A stretch of DNA of 64,000 nucleotides from an uncultured Nitrospiraceae bacterium (GTDB taxonomy: Bacteria > Nitrospirota > Thermodesulfovibrionia > Thermodesulfovibrionales > SM23-35): contig CAVSHB010000004.1 in assembly GCA_963727775.1 (NCBI GenBank), forward strand, positions 312,589 to 376,588, read 5' to 3'. This document shows, one piece after another, positions 51,130 through 59,138 of the stretch. The notes under the pieces were generated by a model. It made no database searches. It was not told the origin of the DNA and saw nothing but the letters and a program-made list of their open reading frames with translations. The translations under genes and the position numbers were made by a program. The number at the start of each line of letters is the position of its first letter. Position 1 is the stretch's first letter.

Positions 51130-52807
51130 ATCTGGGAGGAGGTGGTCATAGTGGCCACCCCCTCCCAACAGAACGGCTCGTACCGGCCAGGTAAGCCGCT
51201 CTTCGATCGGTGTTGAACATTTGTTCCAGAGTTTCCTCCGTGACTTCTCGCTTCGTTAAAGATTGCCGGGTTGTGGGTGGCTTTCCGCCGAGAACCGGAC
51301 CTCTGCTGACCTCTTGGATTTATCCAGTCGGTATCTTCGAAAGATTCGAGTATCCCCACTTGGTTTTCTGGTTCCTTCTTTACCTCAACACTAATTCGGC
51401 TCTTTACCGGTGTCACTAACACCTTTCGTCCACAGCTTCCCATATCCCAATCACAACTTCGGGATATCCAGGCATGATGCAGCTACCTGCAACTTCCTGA
51501 TCGTCAGGGTTTTATCCTCCACTCTGTTACCAGGCTTCATCGGCCCTGAGTTATAAGTACTACCTGTGGATCTGCCACCCTCTGCACCCTTCCCGCTTCG
51601 GGTTCTCCTATTCGGTACGGTTTTATAGCGTTAATGACAGCTTCTAACGCCAGCGCAGTAGGGCTTCCCCGGGTAAGACGCACCACCTCACCATATCCCG
51701 TCCGGCTTCACGTCGGTTCGATTCTTCCGGATATCAGGCCTCGCCTATTCACGCCAGCTCGACCTTCTCCCCAACGCCATATAGCCGGATCGCTGTTCGC
51801 TACGGTCGGGTAGGACACAGGTGCAGTAGGTTTAGGCCAAGGACTTTCTGTTTCCCGCCCTTTCGTCTGCGGGTGCCAAAGAACCTCAGACCATGCTCCC
51901 GTTTCCTACATCCCCCACTATAATCCCGGACAGCGGGTTTTCCCCGATCCGGTTTGAAACGGACACTATCCCACCAGCCTTCCCTCATACACCTGCAAGC
52001 TTAAGTGATGGCACACATACACTTGCCATGTACGGGTTTGCTGTATGGCTCACCCTATATTAGGCAGTACAGTTCACGGACGCTCTGTGTCGTCCATTGC
52101 TACCTTGAACATAAGGCGCATCCGCCCAGGGCTCCTTTGCTCTGCAGACATTATATCCGCTTCATCGCTACTACAAGCCCATGCGCCAATCCTGTTGGCT
52201 CTCACTCCTACTTCGGTTTTATCCTTATAAGGAGTGCCCTTTCCGCTTGCTGCCATCCACGGCTGCCAATCAGCACCTTCTCGACTTTATGCTGTTTCTC
52301 TTTCCCGAAGTGCCATGCCCCCTATGTCGGCGGGTCACCAGGTGCTCATAACCAGTTCTTCCCTGATGACTACGGCCTTCACCTCCATGTACAGGCTCGG
52401 CTTCCCGCAACAACCTCACAAAACGGTTTCATGTGAGGGCAGATTTCGCCACGGCAGGCATTCCTTTATGTTACAGCCCTCCGGTTTGCTCGCCTCCCTG
52501 ACCGTTCGGCACCGCTATACGCAGCACCTGGAGACTTCTACACCTGAGCTTCCTGCCAATTCGTTACCTCCTTGGCAGTCAGGTATGCTATCCGGCTGAC
52601 TGGTCAATTGCCGGAACTGGTCTTCCACCAGTAAGAGATACATCTTTGTCGACTGCACTACATGGTTTCTGCCTCATGCTTCCTCCGGACATCCCGTTTC
52701 TGGCAATGCCCTTGCCTTGTTGGCGTTGTCCTTCCGTCCGGTAACGGTGAACTTTTACTTCCGGCATTCCTGCCAGAAGGACGGCGCGTGCGTCATGCCG
52801 GGCGCAC
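51130..52807 (-). mobile_element. ORF-less group IIC intron (outer), about 824 nt excluding the nested intron
   Basis: 5' GTGCGCCCGGCATG; IIC-like DI elements (GGCAAGGG..GGAAGC..GGCAGAA, CTTACCCGGGGAAG); short DV at 51170-51204; DVI hairpin; 3' end ...AT; inserted directly after a hairpin. Confidence 0.85.
51805..52658 (-). mobile_element. ORF-less group II intron (inner, IIB-like), 854 nt, nested in DI of the outer intron
   Basis: 5' GTGCAG; DV AAACCGGATCGGGGAAAACCCGCTGTCCGGGATT (51922-51955); extended DVI ending CCTACCCGAC; EBS1 TACATGG complementary to the upstream CCATGTA. Confidence 0.82.
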
Positions 52808-53410
52808 ATAAACCTCCCGGCCGCAGAGACGGCGGGGTATCTCGGAAAACTCTCACCAGCGATGGCATCTTTAAATTTTGAACAGTTTTAGCTGACCTGT
52901 GCGCCGCTCTATTTCAGACTTATCCAAAGTCTGATTCCTTATGTATCGCTTAATCACTTCTTCATTTGTTGCATCCCCGACCGTTCCTATGTCCTTGCCG
53001 TCACTCCAGAATTCTCCACCCCACAATTCTACTTTCTTCATCTTCGGAAATTCTTCGAATACTCGTTTCGCCGTTATCGACTTAATTACGTTCAGCACCT
53101 GACTCGGGCTATATTGCGGTTGAGCACCGCAGAAGATATGTATATGATCCTCATCAAATCCAATTTCATCGATTACAATATTGTACCGTTCAGTAATTCC
53201 CCTCATTGTCTCTCTGATACATTTCTCAACTTCCTCATTCAACAAAACCTTACGGTACTTTACAGCAGTCACCAAATGGTATCGAATCTTATAGACCGCA
53301 TGAGGCCTCTTTCCCAGTTCCATTGTAACAGCATTATAATCCCCCAAACCCCCTTTTCAAAAGGGGCTTCACGGTTTCCCCCCCGCAGAGACAGCGGGGT
53401 ATATAATTTA
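52808..53410 (-). mobile_element. IS200/IS605-family tnpA-only element, copy 2
   Basis: Near-identical to 19208-19810; inserted 3' of TTGAT within comEC codon 44. Confidence 0.92.
52871..53323 (-). CDS. tnpA: Y1 HUH transposase TnpA
   Basis: Protein identical to copy 1 in the ORF track. Confidence 0.92.
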   Translation of the reverse strand: MELGKRPHAVYKIRYHLVTAVKYRKVLLNEEVEKCIRETMRGITERYNIVIDEIGFDEDHIHIFCGAQPQYSPSQVLNVIKSITAKRVFEEFPKMKKVELWGGEFWSDGKDIGTVGDATNEEVIKRYIRNQTLDKSEIERRTGQLKLFKI

Positions 53411-53541
53411 ATCAATAGAAATCTTCTTTGCATACAGAGATAGATAGAGGCAAGCAAAAAAACAATAACAGCTGTAAAAGGAAAATAGTTGAACGAATAA
53501 AAAAGGACAACTCCTGCAAGGAAAGGAATGAAGAAAAGCAT
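53411..53541 (-). pseudogene. comEC: comEC fragment 1 (N-terminal TM helices)
   Basis: MLFFIPFLAGVVL... hydrophobic start; joins fragment 2 in frame (TTG AT|T ATT TTC). Confidence 0.85.
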
Positions 53542-53596
53542 TAACTTAAAAGTACAATTAGAAAAATACGTTTAAACAATATCTTCATTATGCCGT

Positions 53597-54943
53597 TCAA
53601 ATCATTTTTTCTTTGATAACCTGTGCAATGTCATTCCCGATTTTTGTGATAAGCTTCAGGCTTTCGCCCTCGATCATCACCCTGACCTTCGGCTCCGTCC
53701 CAGAAGCCCTGACCAAAACTCTCCCCTTTCCGGCAAGTCTTTTTTCTGCGGCCTTTATTGCATCCACGATCTCGGGAATTGCATTAATATCCTGCCTATG
53801 TTCTACCTTAACGTTTGTCAGGATTTGGGGATAAAGTTTAATATCCTGAGCAAGTTTCGATAAAGAAACATCTCTTCTTTTCATTAGATACAATATCTGG
53901 ATTGCCGTGAGAGGACCGTCCCCGGTTGTATTGTTATCGAGAAAAATAATATGCCCTGACTGCTCGCCTCCGAGGTTGTAACCACCATCGAGCATTCTTT
54001 CCACAACAAATCTGTCTCCCACCTTCGTCCTCACAAGTTTTATATCATTCATTTCAAGATACTTTTCAAGACCGAGGTTGCTCATTACCGTTGATACTAC
54101 GGTATTCTTTCTGAGCATTCCCGTCCTTTTCATCTCTGCAGCCCACATACCCATGACCTTATCGCCGTCGACAATCCTGCCCTTTTCATCACAGCATATT
54201 GTCCTGTCGGCGTCCCCATCGTGCGCAATGCCGATATCCGCTTTATGGAGCTTTACGGTATTCTGCAGTTCTTCGACATATAAAGAACCGGATTTTTCAT
54301 TGATATTTATTCCGTCGGGGTTGTCATTGATCGAGATCACATCCGCGCCCAGTTCACGCAAAAGCAAGGGGGTGGTCCTGTATGCAGCTCCGTTCGCGCA
54401 ATCAACGACGATCCGCAGGCCTTCAAACGTCACTCCCTTCGGTATCGTTGATTTTATATATTCAATGTACCGCCCGGTCGCATCATCAAGGCGAAAGGCC
54501 TTACCGATATCCGAACCCTGCGGCCTGTTTTCCAAAAGCCTTTCATCAAGAACAAGCGCTTCAATCCTTCTTTCGATTTCATCGGGCAGCTTAAATCCCT
54601 CGGAAGAAAAGAACTTGATACCGTTATCTTCAAACGGGTTGTGTGAAGCGGATATTGCGATACCTGCATCCAGCCGCAATGTCCGGGTAAGGAATGCGAT
54701 CCCGGGGGTAGGGAGAGGTCCTACAAGTGTGACATTCATGCCCATTGAACATATCCCGGAGGTGAGCGCGCTCTCAATCAAATAGCCGGACAGCCTCGTG
54801 TCCTTTCCGATTAAGATCATATTCCTGCCGTGTTTTTCCCTTAATAAGAATGCAATGGCCATCCCTACTTTTAAAACGGTCTCTGGCGTCATGGGATGCC
54901 TGTTCACAGTGCCCCTTATCCCGTCTGTGCCGAAAAGTCTCAT
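53597..54943 (-). CDS. glmM: Phosphoglucosamine mutase
   Basis: FGTDGIRG, ISASHNP, DGDADR, GGEQSGH, RASGTEP. Confidence 0.97.
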   Translation of the reverse strand: MRLFGTDGIRGTVNRHPMTPETVLKVGMAIAFLLREKHGRNMILIGKDTRLSGYLIESALTSGICSMGMNVTLVGPLPTPGIAFLTRTLRLDAGIAISASHNPFEDNGIKFFSSEGFKLPDEIERRIEALVLDERLLENRPQGSDIGKAFRLDDATGRYIEYIKSTIPKGVTFEGLRIVVDCANGAAYRTTPLLLRELGADVISINDNPDGININEKSGSLYVEELQNTVKLHKADIGIAHDGDADRTICCDEKGRIVDGDKVMGMWAAEMKRTGMLRKNTVVSTVMSNLGLEKYLEMNDIKLVRTKVGDRFVVERMLDGGYNLGGEQSGHIIFLDNNTTGDGPLTAIQILYLMKRRDVSLSKLAQDIKLYPQILTNVKVEHRQDINAIPEIVDAIKAAEKRLAGKGRVLVRASGTEPKVRVMIEGESLKLITKIGNDIAQVIKEKMI

Positions 54944-55587
54944 CTTTTCCTCGCTCCGATTATAACTTTAACAGTAACTTCATTTACCTTCGATCTTATA
55001 TTCTTTCCTGTTAAGTCTATTTTCATGTCCTGAGACAACGACTCATTATATCCTGTTATGTCGAGCTGCTCTGTTTTTATCGTATTTATTTTGAATACCT
55101 CAGACCTCGTGCCTTCGATCACCACGTACTGGGGCACGGGCTCGACAGATTTCAAATAAAATCCTTTTTCAGGTTCACCGGTAATGACAGGCAATACCCT
55201 GACGGTTTTCGTTACAGTTTCTTCGGTTACGACTTTTACACTGGCAGGATCAACATTTGTAATAGTAATCGCATGAGGGAGCTTTATGTCTTCCCGGTTT
55301 ATGTAATAAATCCCCTCCCCTCTTTTTGCTTTACTGAGATCGACAAGTACCCTGACATCGGACGGCTTGATATTCTTAATAAGCCTTTCCTGTCCTTTTA
55401 TACTGAGGGCAACTGTATTGGCGCTGTGATTGACCATCTCGAATCCGGAGGGAATATTCTTAAACTCCAAAGGGACGTCAATCGACATTTCCGACTGTCC
55501 GCGGGAAGTTACGAATATCCATAACACCATAGACAACAAAACAGCCGCTATCTTAAGCCCGAGGTTATCAAAAAAGAATTTTCTCAT
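54940..55587 (-). CDS. cdaR: CdaR/YbbR-family protein
   Basis: N.GLKI.AV.LS..LW.FV TM helix followed by YbbR repeats; lies between cdaA and glmM. Confidence 0.85.
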   Translation of the reverse strand: MRKFFFDNLGLKIAAVLLSMVLWIFVTSRGQSEMSIDVPLEFKNIPSGFEMVNHSANTVALSIKGQERLIKNIKPSDVRVLVDLSKAKRGEGIYYINREDIKLPHAITITNVDPASVKVVTEETVTKTVRVLPVITGEPEKGFYLKSVEPVPQYVVIEGTRSEVFKINTIKTEQLDITGYNESLSQDMKIDLTGKNIRSKVNEVTVKVIIGARKR

Positions 55588-56345
55588 TTCTTCGCCTTTG
55601 CAGTAAACAAATCCGTAAGAATATCCCTGAGCGTCCCCATATCGAGATGCGTATCGAGCTTTCCGTTGATGGCCATAGATATGGTACCTGTCTCCTCTGA
55701 AACGATAATGATTACGGCGTCCGTTTCTTCCGAGAGCCCCAGCCCTGCGCGATGCCTTGTCCCCAGCGCCTTATTAACATCAGGACTCATCGTTATCGGC
55801 AGGAAGCAACCCGCGGCCACAATCCTGTTACCTTTTATAACGACAGCCCCGTCATGTATCGGCGATGTCGGATGAAATATGCTGAGGAGGACTTCTTTAG
55901 AAACCTTTGCGTCCAGGGGTGTTCCGATCTCAACAAAATCTTTCAGGCTTGTATCTCTTTCAATAGCAATCAATCCGCCTATCTTCCTGTTCGCAAGGGC
56001 AACGGTGGCCCTGACAATCTCTTCAAGCGACTTGAGTTCTTCCGCGGAGGTGAGTGTCCGAAGAAACTGCGTCTCTCCCATCTGGGCCAATGCCCTTCTT
56101 ATCTCAGGCTGGAAAAGGATAATTACCGCGATGACTATCTGCGCCCAAAAGCTCTGTATCAGCCAGTCTACAGTATACAGCTCGAAATACCTTGAAAGCA
56201 GTGACGCCAGGAGCAGCACTCCAAGACCCATAAGCATATGCGCTGCTTTTGTACCCTTTATAATAAGAAGAAGACGGTAGAGTATAATCGACATTAAGAT
56301 AATGTCTACGATATCCTGCCATCTTATCTGTTTCAGTAGTTCCAT
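55584..56345 (-). CDS. cdaA: Diadenylate cyclase CdaA/DacA
   Basis: Three TM helices, FQPEIRRAL, HDGA, GTRHRA, VSEETG. Confidence 0.95.
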   Translation of the reverse strand: MELLKQIRWQDIVDIILMSIILYRLLLIIKGTKAAHMLMGLGVLLLASLLSRYFELYTVDWLIQSFWAQIVIAVIILFQPEIRRALAQMGETQFLRTLTSAEELKSLEEIVRATVALANRKIGGLIAIERDTSLKDFVEIGTPLDAKVSKEVLLSIFHPTSPIHDGAVVIKGNRIVAAGCFLPITMSPDVNKALGTRHRAGLGLSEETDAVIIIVSEETGTISMAINGKLDTHLDMGTLRDILTDLFTAKAKK

Positions 56346-56484
56346 TAAGCGCTGTGCTTAATATCATAACATACAGGAGCTTCAAACAATAGGCGGCTTT
56401 GGAATTAACAACAGTGATGTCGTCTCAATGATAAAGATAATTTGACAAATAAAATATTGATCAGGTATTGTTAATGATACCTAT

Positions 56485-56561
<77 letters not shown>

Positions 56562-56569
56562 ATGATATC

Positions 56570-56603
56570 AAGGGTTTGCAGAGATGCAAGCCCTTTTTTA
56601 TTT
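56570..56603 (+). terminator. Intrinsic terminator after the tRNA
   Basis: AAGGGTTTGCA-GAGA-TGCAAGCCCTT followed by a T-run. Confidence 0.75.
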
Positions 56604-56697
56604 GATTTTAAGCCATTCTACAGAGATCATAGCTCGCAAATCGTTATTAGACAAGCGATTGACAGTACCATTGAAATATTATTTTTCTAACCCCTTT

Positions 56698-56735
56698 AGG
56701 CCAATTGGCCCACAACCGGCCCATTACCGGCCCAA
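56698..56735 (+). repeat. Short tandem GGCCCA-type repeats (possible integrase arm sites)
   Basis: GGCCAATT GGCCCACAACC GGCCCATTACC GGCCCAA, ~11-bp period, ~140 bp after the tRNA. Confidence 0.45.
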
Positions 56736-56800
56736 GATTTCTGCTGAAGGGTTGATATTGCTTGCTTTGCGGTGTATAGTAGTGAAAATCTCATAAAAAT

Positions 56801-57175
56801 ATGGGGAGGGATTCAAACTTGCAGGACGGTAGTGAAAAAGTGGGGTTAAACCTCCCACCGCCTTCGAAGAATTATGGCAAAAAAAAAGATAAAAAAGACC
56901 AGCCTATTATCTCGATGAATAAAGAGGAGAGAGAAGAAGTCTGGGATGATGTGTATCTTAAGGAAGAAGGCATCGTCCTCGAATTCGATTCAGAATCCAA
57001 GACCGGCAAAATCAAATCCCTGCGGGATAATGCTGTTTACAACATCGACTCCCGTGAATTGGTCAGAACACTACTTGAATTGCAGTCCGGCGACAAGGTT
57101 CTCTTTGCGCCATTTGAAGATCCTGATGGAAATGACTATGCAAGGATCGTTAGAATAATTGAGCTGAATACGTAA
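56801..57175 (+). CDS. Hypothetical protein with cold-shock/OB-like C-terminus
   Basis: EEGIVLEFD..SKTGKI...L..GDKVLF pattern. Start uncertain. Confidence 0.55.
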   Translation: MGRDSNLQDGSEKVGLNLPPPSKNYGKKKDKKDQPIISMNKEEREEVWDDVYLKEEGIVLEFDSESKTGKIKSLRDNAVYNIDSRELVRTLLELQSGDKVLFAPFEDPDGNDYARIVRIIELNT

Positions 57176-57475
57176 GAGTGAGTTAATCCCTCGCTTTTCT
57201 TACGGTCAATGTGCCTATCACCATCGGTAACCCCAGCAAGCACAACTACAGCATCATAAATTGTATTAGGGGTAAAGGTGTCATCTATTTCCCAAAGCTT
57301 CGAGAAAATATATCCTGCAAAAGTAATACTTTATTAGATAAAAAAATATCATGAGGAACAGGGTTAGTTGTTGAGCTTCGTTTTTTTATAAAGATGAGTA
57401 AAACAAGTCCCAAGAAAACCAGAGCAGAGGGTTTATTCTTACGTCCGGAACTTGGCAATATCCTGTATTTCCATT

Positions 57476-57799
57476 CTACTTTTTAAGTGTTTTCAAATCA
57501 GAAGGCAAATCCTTCTCGCAAGACGATAAAGCATCCATACATTGATTTTCACAAGAACTGTCTCCACATTTTGCCAAACATGAATTGAATTTTTCAGAAC
57601 ACGCATCTGCAATAGCTATTTGTCTCTCCCTATGGGCTTCATCATCTCCACTATATTTTTTTGATTTGCCATATTTTTCTTTATCTTTAAGAACTTTTTC
57701 ATATAATTTATTTGGTTCTTGCTTTTTCGAACACCCAATATGAAGAGAAAATATGAATAAAGCACATACAAATATCACAAAAATATTATTAAAACGCAT
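57476..57799 (-). CDS. Cys-rich lipoprotein
   Basis: SD AGGAGGAG, lipobox-like IGC, six Cys in the C-terminal half. Confidence 0.65.
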   Translation of the reverse strand: MRFNNIFVIFVCALFIFSLHIGCSKKQEPNKLYEKVLKDKEKYGKSKKYSGDDEAHRERQIAIADACSEKFNSCLAKCGDSSCENQCMDALSSCEKDLPSDLKTLKK

Positions 57800-57839
57800 A
57801 ATCTCCTCCTGTGCGACATTTTTTAAAAGCAGTCTAAAT

Positions 57840-58183
57840 AGAGTCTGTTTATAAAGTCAACCGCTTATACTACAATAGGTTACATCGTTTAACGATAAAA
57901 ATCAAAATAAGGCGAAAGGGAAGAGATGAAGAAGATACTGAACGACCTGAAGCTGAAACTTGAAAAGACGAACTGGACATTAGACCCGGAGTTGGCATTG
58001 ATAGACACAGTGTTAGAGCAGCACCCGGAGCTATTGGAGATAGTGAAGGGATATAATCGGGATAGGGAAGGACAGCGAGATAGGACGGCAAGATAGCCTG
58101 ACAGCAGAGCAGATAGTGAGAGCGGCTCTTTACAAAGAAATAAAGAAACTGGACTATCGTGAACTTGAATATGCCCAACACTA
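57840..58183 (+). pseudogene. Degraded transposase N-terminal fragment (ISNCY/IS5-like)
   Basis: Broken frame encoding TAEQIVRAALYKEIKKLDYRELEYAQH; IS-end-like AGAGTCTGTTTATAAA at ~57840. Confidence 0.45.
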
Positions 58184-58229
58184 AAGAACATCGTCACGAG
58201 CGGCCACATGGAGAGCCGACTTAAGAAAT

Positions 58230-58732
58230 GGAGGAGCTGTCATGGACTGGTGCAGTCGGAAGGTCCTGAGTTGGAGACTCAGCAACACCCTTGATGTTGA
58301 TTTCTGCGTAGAAGCCCTCAAGGAAGCTCTGGCAAAATACGGTAACCCAGCAATCTTCAACACGGCTAGGGTAGCCAGTTCACGAGCCTTGAGTTTACTC
58401 AGATACTCAATGACGCCAATGTGAATCTCTATGGACGGCAAAGGACGGTGGCGGGACAACATTATGGTCGAGCGGCTATGGTGCTCACTGAAGTACGAGT
58501 GTATCTATTTGCATGCATTTAAGACAGGCGGCGAGACAAGGAAAGGCATCGATAAGTGGATCAGGCGTTACAACGAAGAGCGTCCTCATTCTTCTCTTGA
58601 CGATAAAACGCCGCATGAGACATACTGGAACCTGCCAAAAGCAGGTTATCCGATAAAACTGGTGGCATGATGGATGGTGGGTTCCACCTTAAGTCAGCCC
58701 CAACACTGTCCAACCAATGGGGTCCACTTCTA
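58230..58732 (+). pseudogene. IS3-family OrfB C-terminal fragment with right end
   Basis: MDWCSRKVLSWRLSNTLD, frameshift at IFNT, MDGKGRWRDNIMVERLW.SLKYE, YNEERPHSSL; terminal CTGTCCAACCAATGGGGTCCACTT. Confidence 0.85.
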
Positions 58733-59138
58733 TTCTCTATTATTTTCCAAAGACTGCTTTAATAATTTCAATTAAATCATCTCTGAACATCCTTTTACAA
58801 AAAGAAGATAAGGATGATCATGAAAATGGGAATGGCGTATCAACAGACTATAGATAATGTGGTATCGTGACATATCAGGGGTTAACTATTCCCTTTATTC
58901 TGGGATAGTGTAGCTTTAACATTAAAACTCTTCATGAAGGAAATCTCTTTATTATTTGAGTGGTATAAATTATAATCGAAAAAGCTGAAAAATGACATCA
59001 ATGGAGAATATGTTGTATTTTAAACAACGATACTGAACCAAAGCCTCAATGGTTAGAAAGTCTTATTATGATAGCTTTTTGAAGAATATTAGAAGTGAGC
59101 TGTTAATCTTTTTAACTGCTTAAGGACTGAATTTACGC

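Noticed and set aside
51130..51443. N-terminal ~105 aa of ORF 50178-51443 as the comEC start or as an intron RT
   Set aside because: It lies within intron DIV-DVI and has no YADD or other RT motifs; at most a decayed maturase remnant. The true comEC start is at 53541.
48988..52807. IStron (group I intron-IS605 chimera)
   Set aside because: The introns have group II hallmarks and are separated from the tnpB element by 869 bp of comEC; only ~100 bp precede tnpB within its element.
51800..52809. Several short ORFs in the intron region
   Set aside because: They overlap structured ribozyme domains on both strands and have no protein motifs.
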